62,010 nucleotides of DNA, filler included, from Choristocarpus tenellus KU-1152 (GCA_964200185.2; 8 parts of 8 records of this genome joined end to end with filler, not necessarily neighbours in it), one strand, 5' to 3'; positions 38,480 to 51,960 are shown, counted from the first letter of the whole stretch. The notes: generated from the sequence alone by a model not told the origin. Translations and numbers: made by a program.

Positions 38480-38694
38480 TGCAAGTACCAAGTACAGTTA
38501 ACTACCGTCGACATCAAAAGTACCAAGTACCAAGTACCAAGTACAGTTGACTACCGTCGACATCAAAAGTACCAAGTACCAAGTACCAAGTACCAAGCAC
38601 AGTTAACTACCGTCGATATCAAAAGTACCAAGTACCAAGTACCAAGTACAGTTAACTACCGTCGATATCAAAAGTACCAAGTACCAAGTACCAA
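38480..38694 (+). repeat. Compound tandem repeat: (AAGTACC)n interleaved with CAGTTAACTACCGTCGAYATCA, 4 units, running into the contig end
   Basis: Direct reading. Units are about 50-55 bp and differ in 7-mer copy number. Confidence 0.85.
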
Positions 38695-38794
38695 NNNNNN
38701 NNNNNNNNNNNNNNNNNNNNNNNNNNNNNNNNNNNNNNTTAATTAATTAANNNNNNNNNNNNNNNNNNNNNNNNNNNNNNNNNNNNNNNNNNNN
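38695..38794. other. Artificial contig linker
   Basis: N44-TTAATTAATTAA-N44. Confidence 0.98.
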
Positions 38795-38972
38795 AGATAC
38801 CAAATACATACACACACAACTCGCCCTCGACTGACACCACATACATACACCCTTGAATCTCTTACATACCTAAAAGTTCAAAAACAAATCAAAAGCCCTC
38901 CAACAGACGACTTCATCCACACCAATACACAGACACAACAGAGACGTAACACAACAAACACGTACAACCCAC

Positions 38973-41702
38973 CGGGTACATCTCCGGAGCTGCATAGAGC
39001 CGGATCAAGTACTCCACAGTGAACACCAAAATGGCTCCAAACTCTACCCAATCAGCCAGTGATGAGCAGTTCTGGGGATCTGCGCAGATCGACGGAACCG
39101 TCATGACAATCGCCTGCCAAGTAATACGATTGCAGTTAGGGTGTGGTTAGGGTTAGGATAGTGGTAGTATTGGGCGGGGATTTCGACAAAGTTGTGATAT
39201 GTAAATTGTTGGTGTGTGTACTCTGGTCCCTAACCCTAACCCTAACCCTAACTCTGACGACCTCGGCTACGTCTCTAGAGCATCTCTGTTTTCTTATGAC
39301 TACAGTTAGAGAGGTACTGTCCTAGAATGCCTCTGTTTCTTAGTGATCTCGGCTACAGGTACTGCTCTAGATAGAGCACCTCATTTTTCTGATGACCAGA
39401 GTTAGTTAGAGGTACTGCCCAAGAGCACCTGTGTATCATAAGAACCTCAGCTACAAGTACTGCTCTAGAGCACCTATGTATTGTAGAAACCTCGACCATA
39501 GGTACTGCTCTAGAGCACCTTTGTATTGTAAAAACCTCAGCTACAAGTACTGCTCTAGAGCACCTATGTATTGTGGAAACCTCGACCATAGGTACTGCCT
39601 TAGAGCACCTCATATAGGGTTTGTCGTCTCACCTGTGTCACAGTCAGAAAGATGAGGAAGATGATGAAGCTCTCGAACCTGTACAAAAAACAAAACATAT
39701 ATATATATATTAAAAATAAAGTAGAATTTTGTTGACAACTACACTATACTGCCTTCTGTTACAAAAATACCCAAAGAGGTATACCTTTTTTGTTGACAAG
39801 TTGCTCTACTTCGACCTGTGTGAAAAATGACTCAAGGTGGTACATCACACGCTCACAAAAGGGGGGGTATATACCCTAGACTACAACCAGAAAAGGGTAT
39901 ATACCCTAGATCGACACAAATAATAATCCGCTAATACTACCACTATCACTACCACTACTCCTACTCCTACTACTACTATTACTACTAATACCACTACTCC
40001 TACTCCTACTATCACTACCACTACTCCCATTACTATTAATACTAATACCACTACTACTACTATCACTACCACTACTCCCACTACTAATAATACTACTACC
40101 ACTACCACTACAATTATGATAATAATAGTAGACAAAGGACACTATCATCACTACTACTATCACTTACATTCTACCAACGGGAGTCATCGCCTCCATGAAA
40201 CGGTACACCTTGCATCTAAATGACATGTCCTCGGGGTTCTCCTCCTCAGGTCCATTGATCGTCTGATAACTCCCTGTCCCACACACATCACCAAACCAAA
40301 AACACACACACACAATCATCATCGATAGCACACACACACAAACAACATCGATAGCACGGGGTTAGAGTGAGAGATAGACAAGAGAGAGAGAGAGGTGTGT
40401 TATTGAAAGGTGAAGCAATAAAGAATGCAATGGGGTGATTGTTGCTAGTGGATGGAAGGCAGTGCGATTTACGGCTGATGTGCGTGCGCATGCCATGCAA
40501 TATAGTGTTCTCTTCTTGTTTTTTTCATCTGTTTTCCATTGTCCATTTCCTCCTCGCCCAAACTCGCCGGTCACGGAGTCGATACCATTGTTCCCCCCTC
40601 CCCCCCTCTTGTAGGTGGGGTGGGAGATAGAGAAGAGAGGACGACACCTTGACAATCAGGAAAATAAAAATAAAATTTTACTTCAAAAAAAACAAAACTT
40701 GGACGGCCCCCCCCCATCCAATCAGATGCGGAGGGAGTTTTCCATTTTAATTTATTGTTCTTAATTTCAAGTTTTTTTTTTTGGGGCGGGAAGGGAGGGA
40801 GGGGGGGAATTATCTCTATTTGTTACGATTTATTTATCATGCTTGTATTTATTTTATTTCATTCTTTTTAATAATATTTTTGTTAAAAAAAAAATATAAA
40901 TACAAACACACGCATATAAAGTCTACACAAAAACTCCATTTAGAATTTATTTCAAATAATTTTTCACATCTTTTTTTTGGTCTAGATCGGTGTGTACGCA
41001 ACTGGCGGGTTATCGTAATAATAACAAATATTTTTCTTTGAAGCAAAAAAAATATGTAGTCGGAATAACAAGAAATTGGAGATTTAAAAAAAGACAACCA
41101 CCAAAAGTAAAAAATATATTTAATTTGAAACAAAAAATAGTCTGAATACAAAAAATATCTGTGTGTGTGTGCCATCGCATTTATCCAAAATAATAATAAT
41201 AATATACGGAAGGACACATTCGCCTACATCGCATTCATAGCCATCAATATATATATATATACAGTGCCATCCAATAAAGAATAATATTTCTAAAAAAAAA
41301 CCGATGCTACCGACACGTGGATTTTTTTTTGTCGACTTGAAAAAGGAGCTGGTGTAACACAACGAACGCTACAGAAGAAAATGCCCTTCGGTTCGAAATT
41401 TAAAATCCATTTTTTTTTTTTGATCTAGGCGTGTATTTTTTTTTTGTTTCTCTCCACCGAGAGAAAAAGAGAACAGAGAACATAAAAAATCAAGTAGTGA
41501 AATCCTTTCCTTTTTCTTTACTCTCTCTCTCTCTCTCTTTTCCCCTAACCTAAGGTCGTTCTCTTTTTTTTGTTTTCTTGCTCTCACCGGGGTAAGTGGG
41601 AATCTCCTCCTCTTCACCCACGTCCTCCACAACTTCTGCCTCCTCCTCTTCACCCTCGACGATATCCGATAGCATCTTCTCCATCTCATCATCCTCATCA
41701 TC
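38973..41702 (-). CDS. Voltage-gated cation (probably K+) channel, internal exons: acidic linker plus S1-S2 helices
   Basis: Exons 41702-41588 (DDEDDEMEKM...), 40273-40168 (KVYRFMEAMTPVGR), 39678-39633 (FESFIIFLIFLTVTQ) and 39113-38973 (VEFGAILVFTVEYLIRLYAAPE, the S2 F-T-x-E-Y-x-x-R motif). Phases are consistent. Confidence 0.8.
39340..39610 (+). repeat. 45-bp minisatellite with alternating A/B units and a palindromic core TGCTCTAGAGCA
   Basis: Units start at 39444, 39489, 39534 and 39579, alternating acctcagctacaag and acctcgaccatagg. Degenerate copies lie upstream. Confidence 0.85.
39930..40162 (+). repeat. Degenerate (CTA/CCA)n trinucleotide tract
   Basis: Low-complexity run directly after an exon donor. 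It explains the spurious poly-V and poly-S ORFs. Confidence 0.85.
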
Positions 41703-42515
41703 CTAGAGAGAGAAAGAGAGGATGAGATGAGATGAGAGAGTGAGGGAGGTAAAGTATAAAATATTGAAAAAAAAGAAATTAATATTACGTTATTGAAAAA
41801 AAAGAAAAGAGTCGGTTGTAGGTGTGAGTTTCGGGGGGGGGGGGGCGGGGGGGAGGCGAGGGGAAGGTACAAGAGAGGAAAGGAAGGAGGTTGGGGGTGA
41901 GCCAGTACAAAAATATTTAGAAATAATAATAAAAATTTCCAAAAAATATAAAAAGATCAAAAATATATATTTTTTCCCGCGCGCGTACAGAGAGCGTAGT
42001 CATACCGTTCTAGAGCCCGGCCAATCAAAACCGTTCCCGCAATCACTGTAATACATATATTTTTCACCACAGTTTCTCTCTCCATCATGATTACAATTAT
42101 AGCTTAATTACACCCCTGCAAAAAAACAAAACCCAAGCGTATCGACGAATGGTAAGAGTGAATGAGGGGTGAAACAGCGAATCAAATCTGGCCTGCAACA
42201 AATTGGTGAGTGTGTGTGTGTGTGTGTGTGTGTAGTGCATGCAGCAGGATTTTGGTGTACAATGAGGGTATGTGGGAATTTGTGTGTGTGTGTGTGCACT
42301 ATACCTCATATATATATATATACATACACATATACATATATATTTTTAATATTTACAAGTTCGTTATGGTTATATCTAGGAGAGTAGAGGAAAAGGTATT
42401 CTCACTTGTTCAGAAGAAATAAAAAAGGATTCAGTCCCACTTAGCTAAAAAAAAAAAAGAATACAAAAAATTCCATGTGTTATTGTACACACAGAGGCAC
42501 TCGTATTACATATAT

Positions 42516-42615
42516 NNNNNNNNNNNNNNNNNNNNNNNNNNNNNNNNNNNNNNNNNNNNTTAATTAATTAANNNNNNNNNNNNNNNNNNNNNNNNNNNNN
42601 NNNNNNNNNNNNNNN
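42516..42615. other. Artificial contig linker
   Basis: N44-TTAATTAATTAA-N44. Confidence 0.98.
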
Positions 42616-42711
42616 GCCCTCTTATCTCTCGCCCCCCCCCACTTTGCAAACCAATGTACTGCTGCCTTACTTTTCCCACAGAGTAGAACTGGGTCTCCTT
42701 TCCTCTAGATC

Positions 42712-43760
42712 TCATCTCTTTCCTTCGTAACTAGTAAACCATGAATTCACTACCAATCCCAACTGCGCAAGTACGTTAATTGAGATGTCTCTCTCTCCCT
42801 CAACTACACTCAGTGCAATGTCTCTCCTTATCCTTTCAAGGAAGTCATAACTCCACCATGTATCTCTCTCCGCATTGTATCTCCCAATACCTGCAACACT
42901 GGTGGTGATCTGACCATATTCATGAAGGGTGAGCTCAGATTTTCCCACTCTATTACCCATTTCCTCAAATATATACCTTCCATAAATTCCTTTCCTATCC
43001 TGACTTGTCTGTCCCCTTCCCTTGCTTCTGCACTCTGTTTCTTTTTGGCCCCTCCCTTTCATTCTCCTGCCCAGCCAACCCCCCTTCATAGCGTTGGTAT
43101 CAATCTTCCACCCCACTACCACCTGTTTAGTATGTCATCCAGTCAACCTCTTGGCTGAGAGAATCGGAGGTCCCCCTCTGTCCTAGAGCCTAACAAGTGG
43201 ATATGGTCCGACGCTAATAAGTTAGTCGCCAGTTGCGGTCTCCTTCCATCATCAAACCATTGGATTTCTATGAGAACGCTGTTGTCTACATATATACTAA
43301 CAAAAAAATGTATCCTTTTGCTCACCCCGTTACCACTTCTCTAACCTTCCATGTATCATACAACTCACAGACAACTCTTGTACCCTTTCTTTCAGAATGT
43401 CCCACACCTGCAGTAATATCTTTGGCTTCTGGAATCAGGACACCAGAGGCGGGAATAATATTGCAATTATAATATTCCAGGGTACTCACCATAAGGTCCC
43501 ATTATCCTAAACTACTCCTCCACAAAAACTGTAGTGTAAAGTCTACCACAACCAGTTACCTAACCGTGTACCCAAACCTAGCTGACCCTTCGGTTCTAGT
43601 GGGACTTGACAAAAGTTTTTTTTTGACCTCCATCTTACTGATCATAATCCTTGACCTCCGAACTTTCTTCCTCAAGACGATATTCCTGTTAAAAGCATCA
43701 GCCAATAATGCACCATAATGCACAGGGGGCAGCCTCGAAGCCCGTGTCAACATTCACTCT
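42712..43760 (-). mobile_element. Decayed DIRS/Ngaro-type retrotransposon RT-RNase H
   Basis: Broken frames give RIMISKMEVK...ARFGY...VVDFTLQF, then FVSIYVDNSVLIEIQW...LASDHIHLLG (YVDD-like), VGWKIDT, and the RNase H-like SINVLAQLGLVVNSW. Multiple stops and frameshifts. The element may extend to about 45300. Confidence 0.65.
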
Positions 43761-45289
43761 AGGTCCTCAATCGTCTTGCTGGCGAGATGAATTGTGTATA
43801 GTCCTACTTTTTGACAGTTCTTGTATAACTCCTCCTGGGGATAATCTTAATCTGGAATCTTGGCCACTGCCATCATCCTGGGAAACACCAAAGCCCTGCC
43901 TAATGTTACATCCATTGTGACCGTCTTCACTAGGGCCCCTTCTTAGTTAAGTACACTCCTGCGATTCCCATATTCCTACCTACACTCCAGCTTTCTGTTC
44001 CTTGCGACATCAACCGGTACCCCTCTTTTGATAGTTCGCTACAGCTTGATCATTTTTTTAAGCCAATCTTCATTCCGACATTGTTGCTAACCCTAACCCA
44101 CTACAATTATCTTGGGCTCCATCCCTACCTCAACCACGATACCAACTGCTGCAGCCCCCCCCCACCACTTGTCTAACTATCCCTCACTCCTACTTGCTAC
44201 CTCCCCAAGATTTCTCATCGTTTCTCAGTCATCTCCTCTACACTCCTCACCCTCTCCTACACCTGAACCAACTTTCAATGTCCAGGCCCACCCCTTCCCC
44301 TCTTCCTTTACCTGTGATCGACTAGGGTAGTGTCCCTGGTCTTGGTATCCCCGCTAACAACACGTTGTTCTGGGGCAGGGCTGATATCTCCAGGGATCTT
44401 GTGCTACTGGCCCACCTTGGTCTGAGATGGGTCCGTGTCCTCAGGGGTCTTTCTGGAGGGTTTCCCTTGGTCCCCCTGTACATGCTTGGGCTCCATCCAA
44501 TCCTTCGATGGTTTTCTCCATCCCTCTCCCTCTTTGATATGGTCAAACTAGCAGAACCCGTTCTATTTTTGGAAGGTGCCCTCTTGGCCAGATAGGAAGG
44601 TGTGTCATGACTGGTTTACCCTTGTCTACCCTGGTTCCACCCCTCCCCACTGTCTCCCGTCTGGGTGTGGGGACTTCAATGACTGGTCTCCCCTCCATAT
44701 ATCTTTCCTCTTGAACGACCGTGACTGGAATTGTCCAGTGTACAGCGAGGGTAACATATTCCTTGCCTGACTCACTGTTATGTGCAATGTAATAAAGCGT
44801 TGCAAAAGGGGTAGGGGGGAACACAGTGTCTGAGGTCAGGGGCGCATCGAACCTTGAGGGTCAGTTCATCTGCTTTACTTGCCAATTTCGTCTCTCCATA
44901 TCTCCAACTCCTCGTGTACCACACGAAAAAGGATGCCTAGAATATTGGGGTACTCAGTCAACACTGGCTTATTGGAGTCATTAAATATGCATTCCTTCCT
45001 CGTAACTTGTTCGAGCTCCTCCACCACCCAGTCGTTCTCCTTTCACTCACCTTCTTTGCCTCCCTGTATTGGTGTATCTCTCCTGCCGCAACCACGAAGC
45101 AGTCAAGGTTGTCAGGCTTTTGGCACTCTAACTTCTCGTGGTTCTCCCTATTTCTCCATTGGGAATAAATTCCTTGATGTCGAAGGTGGTCAGTTGTGTC
45201 AGTTGCTATGTCGCCAGCTCTGTCACGTTCACAGTCTTCTTCACAGTTCGCTATATCTCCTCCCATATTGACGTCACCCCCCACATCCA

Positions 45290-45565
45290 ATGACCAACCA
45301 GTGCGAACCTACTTCGACACTGATTTCCAGTCACTCCTCACATCTGATGACCAACCAGTGCAACCCCTTTGACCCCGATTTCCATTCACCCCCCCTTGCG
45401 ATGACCAACCAATACAAACTCCTTTCGCCACTGATTTTCAGCCACTGCCCACTCCCAATGATCAACCAGTGTGAACCCCCTTCATCACTGATTTCCAGTC
45501 ACCCCCCACCTCTGATGACCAACCAGTGCGACCCCTTCGCCACTGATTTCCAGTCACCACCCCAC
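45290..45565 (+). repeat. 54-57-bp minisatellite x5 (ATGACCAACCAGTGCGAACC...CACTGATTTCCAGTCAC)
   Basis: Units at 45290, 45347, 45401, 45458 and 45515. Two inverted copies at about 47358-47459. Confidence 0.85.
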
Positions 45566-45965
45566 CCTTCAACTCCAATCAACCCCATACCATTTACCAC
45601 TCCACTCAACCCCACACCACTCAACCCCACTCCACAATCATCCAAGAACACCCTTCCATCATCCACTTCATATCGTGCCTTTGAACTAGAAGACATCTAT
45701 CCTGCCCGAACTTGGCCTCCCCTCCCTTTACCCAGAATCCCAATCGGTCCTGAGCAAGCGAAAGGTTGAGTGAGCAAGAGAGTTTGCTCGGAGGTTGTCT
45801 TGTTCTAGCCCTCCTCGTCTTATATCACCAGCCCTCGGTTTTTTATACATACTGACCATTCCTTCTTCCCTTGTGCCTCCACCTAACAACCACTTTTTTT
45901 ACTTCTCTCCTGCCTCTTCTACCTCCTAATCACTCAGTACTTACCTCTTCTTTCACTCCTCGACT

Positions 45966-46143
45966 GGCTCGAAGTATCTGGGAGGGGGTGGTGGGTGTCC
46001 ATTTGGGGTAATTTTTTGATGTCGCGAATTTTGGGTGATTTGGTTGCATACGTCGGATGGATAATATAAGTGCACTTTTCCTGGTTATGGCCCAAATGGA
46101 CACCTTGGTGTAGACCCTCCCCCCTTCCCAGATACTTTGGGTC
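45966..46143 (-). mobile_element. MITE family B, full copy
   Basis: GGCTCGAAGTATCTGGG...CCCAGATACTTTGGGTC is the reverse-complement homologue of 16041-16224. Flanks share ACT. Confidence 0.85.
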
Positions 46144-47620
46144 ACTCTTTTTTCTTTTTCCTTCCTCACCTCTCCCTCCCCTATACTACATCATCACCAG
46201 AATTCTTCCGCCCACAAAACTCAGATTACTTCATATTCTTTCCATATATATATATATTGCATATAAAGAACTTGAAAGAGTGTCCACTGATCAATACCCC
46301 ATACTCTCTCCCATGACCACCTTAGTTCGAGTGCACCAGTTGGAATCTCGGTTTAAGAAACTAGATTTTAATCGTAGGTAATTTGACTTGTACTAGGTGA
46401 CAAGGGGGCTTTGTAAGGTACACCGACTAATCTTGGATAAACCGTAATATCTGGCGCTAATCCACATACACAGGGACACAGAAAGGGAAATTTATGAAGA
46501 AATGTGAAGTTAGTGAAGACACTGAAGGACTTTATAGACACACCAGGTAGTTGAGAGGTTAATGGGATTGAGTGGATACAAGGGGAAAAGATAAGATTGA
46601 GCTGACAGACAGAATTAAATATCAGAGTCAAAGGCAGGGGTAGAAAACAAAAGAGGGAAGGATCACGGATAAAGGGGAGAAAGGATAAGAGGGAGGAGAC
46701 AGACAGAGTTAAAGGTCAGAGTCAAAGTCAGGGGTAGAAGACAAAGGGGGTAGGATCACAGTAACTTCTGAGCGATCTTTTGAATGATATGGCAGAGTCG
46801 GGGAATCAGGAGAAGACAAATCATACATCCCTGTGGACAGGCCTAATAAGCCGGCCAGAAGGGGTAAGAGTGCAGGAGGAAGGAACAAACAGTGAAGGGG
46901 TGTAGGAGGAAGGAGGAGAAGGGATCGATGAGTGAACTTAAGGAAAGGAAAGAGATGGTGACTGATTGAATCTGTTGAGAGATCGAGTGGGCAAGACATG
47001 AGAAGGAGGAGACAAGAAAGGGCGAGGGGATGGAAGAAAAAGGGGATGAGAAAGAATTGAAATAAAACAATCCAAGAGATCCAATACATTATGCCCAAGC
47101 AGATGGCAGATATGTCTAGAGAGATGGCACAGTTGGTGGCTTTATTTGCGAATTCAGACCGAAACAAGCCTGTTCTTTCCAATGAAGTGTGTCAAACCAT
47201 TGAGGAGGGGGAAACGATAATCAAGGGGAGAGTGGTAACAGTATCGATGTCTCTCGGTGGGAGGTGGAGAAGGTGATTGTACGGATGTGGAGAGGAGGAA
47301 ATATGAGCAAGTATTTTGTGCTATTCGGAGGAATTCCCCTATTCATACAATATACCACGGCTGGAAATCAATTGCGAAAGGGGTTCGCATTGGTTGGTCA
47401 TCGCAGGGAAGGGAGGTGACTAGAAATCAGTGGCGAAGGGTTTCGCACTGGTTGGTCAAAAGTGGTGGTACAATGAGGGGAATGGGTGGAATATAAAGCT
47501 AGAATATAGTAATAATCCATAATTCATGATGAAAACAAAATACATACAAAACCACAACCTTTGCCTACTTCATATTATAAAAACCTTTTCTTCCCCCAAA
47601 TCAGATGGTAAGGTATAGGA

Positions 47621-49638
47621 ATGGGGGAGCCCAATGACATGTCTACGGCAGGATCTGCAGAGGTGGAAAAAACCGTGCTTCACTACCTCAAGCTCCGAGG
47701 TCTCACTGGCGCAGCCGAGGCGTTGGAAGATGAACTACGCAATGAAAGGGAAACTGGAACGGAGGACAAAGGGGAAGATACGACAAATTTGGAGGGAGCC
47801 GGTGTTCGTCGCTTTGCTTTCCAGCAGGGGATGGAGGCAGTAAACTCGATAGGGGAGAATGTGCTGTTTTGGGGAATCATGGAAGGGGAACCAGAGAAGG
47901 TGAATCTCCGAATGCGATCATGGGGTGCTTTATGCTGTGCTTTTCTACCTGGTGTGTTGATGGATCTTACGGGAATCCTAATGCATTGAACGTAGTCAAT
48001 GCCGATACAGCAGGGAAAATTCATCTCCAATATATTTATGTCCTATTTGCAATGGCCTAATTTGGATGTTAACCAAGCATGGTGTACATGGGGAATAGGT
48101 GGGGGCGCAATAGAGCTGATTGGTTGGGGTGACAATTTTCTTTGTGGACTGATTAGAGATAAGAGTCCTCGATTCTAATCGTTGTGTCCGGTCATTGGCA
48201 TGTCGACCTTATTTCTGTATTTTCTCGCCTTGACCTTAATTTATGTTATCAAGCACCCCAGCCCAACAGCACCAGCTTTGCTGTTGTGTTGGTCCACAGT
48301 GCTAATGTTGGGTAGCCTTGCCGTGCAGAGTGTAGCAGAACGTTGGAGTAGGAGTTTTCCAAAGGGCGAGATAAGATCACTGATGGTAATTTTCTTTTTC
48401 TTTTTCTCTCTGTCTCAATTTAGATCATTTTGACCTTTTGTTACTGCCACTGCAAACATGACTCGGCCCTTTGCATGATTAACAGTTAAGAGGAAGGCGA
48501 ATGGTATAGACGCACGCGAGCCTGGTTCATTCCTCATCTAACCTCTACAAACATCACAAGTGTATTGCCAGAACTCGAAGAGTAACAAAACCCCCCTATG
48601 CACTCCTTTGCTAAAGTTCTTGACAGCCGAGAGACATACACCCCCAACGACCCTAGACCTGTCCCTTGATGTTGAAAACGCCTACATAACAAATTGGAGT
48701 GAACAGACGGATATAGCTATATGATATAGTTGCATTAAAGCCAGAGCCATAAACATAGGAACTGTACTCCCTCACCTCCTGTCTCTCCCCTCAAGCCTAC
48801 CCCAAGGCAGTACTCCCTCCTCCCATTCCAGTTCAGTTCGCTTAATAGCCAAGTAATGATCTCTCTTTGCATTTCACAAACTTCCATGGTTAACACAGGT
48901 TGAGCAGAGCTATGAGATGTTGATGAAATTCATTGGGTCATCTCTGGACATGTGTAAAGCGGAATTGGAATCAGTGGCATACCCAGTGTTTGCGCACTGT
49001 TACCTCACCCTTGTCGCAAATGGCTTTGCTGACCATGTTAGTCCTGGGAGGGGAGGGGCGAGGAAGAGGGTGCAATAGATGTGGCGGCAGTGGGATCATT
49101 ATTGGATGAGGGATGGTATTTATTCATTTCTCTTCTCTCAGTTCTTCCTGTTCAGATACATCTAATGACTGATGATATTGAACTTGAGTATCAAATTGAA
49201 AGGGTTTAGCTAAATTAGGTGCCAAATTGTAGTTGGTAGCAGAGTTTACTTCAGCATGTACTGTTCTGATTGTCCTCGCGTCTTTCTGGTGTAACCACAT
49301 CTGAAACGGCTCTCCTCAATTGAGTGTTTTTAGTCAATTTCATCAAGGGATGTGACTAGGTTCTCATAATTTGTGTCACTGCAACAGTATAATATGGTTC
49401 ATGGTGGAGTTGTGAGGTATAGGTATGTCTATAAATATAAAGAGTAAATAGAAAGATGTACCTCCTTTTAACCCTGAGTCACTGACTGTCAATCTCATTC
49501 TTGTTATGATTCCCTCAGGCACGTCGGATGATGCTGACATGGGGTCGGGAACACGAGTGGAGATACTCACAGGAGGTGGAACAGCTGCACATGGTGACCC
49601 TGCCTGATCATTTGCTAACTTCTGAGTATGCCCAGGAG
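47621..49638 (+). CDS. TAF5: Transcription initiation factor TFIID subunit 5, N-terminal exons (LisH + NTD2)
   Basis: Exons 47621-47899 (VEKTVLHYLKLRGLTGAAEALE, LisH), 48899-49036 (YEMLMKFIGSSLDMCKAELESVAYPVFAHCYLTLV, NTD2 signature) and 49519-49638. All phase 0. WD40 exons would lie beyond the contig end. Confidence 0.85.
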
Positions 49639-50051
49639 GTTAGCTCAGGAGCTCTCTACATTATGAGAAATGTGCCTGCCATGTTTCCCCTCTCATCTGT
49701 TTTTGGCCATCTCACTACGTCAAACGTACCTCCAGTTCCACCTTTGTCACCCAAGCACTAACAATGCATGCCTTAGAATGCGCATGTCTGCTTTTGCTGT
49801 AGTGTACCTCCTGCGGCACATATTCCTATTCCTATCAAGTGTCACACCCTCACAGCTAAGTTGGTTTTCATTGTGTGATCAACCTTTGCACCAACAGCCT
49901 TCATCCAGTATCATGCTTGAAAGCCGAGATGCTCCTAAACCCTGACTATTTTTGCTGACCTTTTTTGACTCTCAACCTTAGCACTAACCTTATTTACCTC
50001 AAGCACACAATACCTCATCACTATGACCCTTATCACTGTGACACCCCCCCC

Positions 50052-50151
50052 NNNNNNNNNNNNNNNNNNNNNNNNNNNNNNNNNNNNNNNNNNNNTTAAT
50101 TAATTAANNNNNNNNNNNNNNNNNNNNNNNNNNNNNNNNNNNNNNNNNNNN
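50052..50151. other. Artificial contig linker
   Basis: N44-TTAATTAATTAA-N44. Confidence 0.98.
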
Positions 50152-50379
50152 CGTCTTGCCTGATGATTCTCTTCGCCACCCTTGCCTGAGTGAACCACGC
50201 CGCCACAGAATCACACGATTCACATTATACACAAGAATAAGGTATTTCCTGTTTGTTTTCCGATTCACTTGTTCATGATGTATAATATACACAAGTATAA
50301 GCATTTAATTTATGGTGTATAATATACAAGGATAATATGTGGTATTAGGCATTACCAAAATGACATTTTGTACATGTCG

Positions 50380-50810
50380 TGGAAGATACGACATGCAGAC
50401 TCTACTTCGCCCACTGACTTTTGGCAGATAGGATTTTTATATTTTTGAAACGAAATTATCAGTTGTGATGACTATGTCCGGAATACGTCTAAGAAGACTT
50501 CTGTAATCCACCAACTTCATGATGGAAACAGGGCATGTGTTTGCTTAGATTATGGTGAGTGCACCAACTGGTTGATGTTAGGTTGTTTGGCAGGGATGTG
50601 TTCTTGCCCCATCCTCTTTAATATCTTTTCCCCTGTAGTGCTTCGTGAAGCAGATAAGGAGCTCAACTCTGATAAAGGATATTGTTGTCATCAAGATAAG
50701 CGGTCACAAACAACCATATCAGAGGAGGCGGACAACAATGAAGTGATTCTTGCCGTGTATGTTTTATGCTGATGATGGGGGCATTGTCGTCTCCAAGTCC
50801 GTGCAATTCT
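50380..50810 (+). mobile_element. Decayed non-LTR (LINE) reverse transcriptase fragment
   Basis: Broken frames: VIHQLHDGNRACVCLDYGECTNW, QGCVL/PILFNIF, and FYADDGGIV (YADD). Confidence 0.7.
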
Positions 50811-51189
50811 AGGTACTGGAACAGACTTATAGCAGACTGATAATTTGTTTATTACTTAGGCTCGTTGACACGGGTCGTACAAAAGAAAGGGAGGGCAGAG
50901 GGATAGACGGATGCGATCAACTCACAAAGGAAAATACTCTGGAGTATGAAAATGATATGTTTTCAAAAATCAGCATTCAGAGGTTTGTGGTGGTGATTAT
51001 TTGGGCTGCTTTAGATGCTGCTTTAGAATTACGTACATCAGCTATCACAGCTTCCTTGGAATGCCACTCGACCATGAAGCTTGTTGTACTGTCAACGACA
51101 ATCTCACTCTATCACTCATATTGATTTGTTGCTGCTAGATCCTCCACCCCTCAGCCCTCATCCCGAAATTTTCGAGGTCGTCTTGCAGG

Positions 51190-51960
51190 CATATCTATCA
51201 CTTCTTCTCCTGTTCACCTCGCCTCTGTTTTCCATCAAAACAACACCTGAAGAAGTCGCTCATCCACCATGCTTGCAACTGACCATGTGAATAGGACTCT
51301 CCATTTTTTCGCACTCTCAGCTCGATACTCTCGCACCCAGTCTTCAGAAGAGCATATATATAGGACAGTGTAGGACCGGTGTCTTCCCCTTGTGAAATCC
51401 AATGTGGGTAAGTGGATATATGATGTTGAAGGCAAAGCTTTGTATAGCAGTGTGACCTGTGAGTCTCCATGTCACAAATCATATAACAGAACCTCAAATA
51501 CTTCAGCCTTGAGCATTCGCGTCTCAAAGTATCAAGTGATACATCTGAGGTACTCTCATACACACATACACACATATATATCGAGCACTTGCCTGAATTT
51601 GCGGCAACAACTCCAAGACACCTTTGACAAATGTTTTAGGCCTTACAGAGAGGTTGTTGAAGGCATGTGGTCTCTGTCTTCAGCTCTCACACGGTCAGAC
51701 CAATTCACCTGGGCAAAAAAAATCCAAGACATAATTTCCACACCTTCAGCATATAGCATGCACATACCCACAGGACCTGTTCAAGTATCACACCACTCTG
51801 GTTGCCCCTCCCCCTCTGACCTGGTTGGTTGTGGTCGCTCTCTTAATGACAACAAGATCCTTGGAGATGGCCGGCTCAGTGGTGAACTTTCCTTAACCGC
51901 TAATATACACCCAGCACCACAGTGAAGACGTTGAAGAGGATGGGCGCTAGGATGCACCCT
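51190..51960 (-). mobile_element. Second decayed LINE RT and C-terminal fragment, opposite orientation
   Basis: The minus strand gives GCILAPILFNVF, CMLYAEGVEIMS (YADD-like), LKTETTCL, ALLKTGCESIELRVRK and VASMVDERLLQVLF. Confidence 0.7.

Noticed and set aside
38480-38694. CRISPR-like look of a regularly spaced semi-palindromic repeat
   Set aside because: The intervening sequences are themselves AAGTACC repeats, not unique spacers. There are no cas genes and the context is a eukaryotic intron.
39340-39610. Palindrome-containing 45-bp array as CRISPR or a repeat protein
   Set aside because: Whole units repeat with no unique spacers, and the array lies inside a channel-gene intron.
39881-40163. 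Poly-Val and poly-Ser ORFs
   Set aside because: Trinucleotide low-complexity intron tract.
51392-51925. 177-aa plus-strand ORF
   Set aside because: It is the antisense shadow of a decayed LINE RT on the minus strand.
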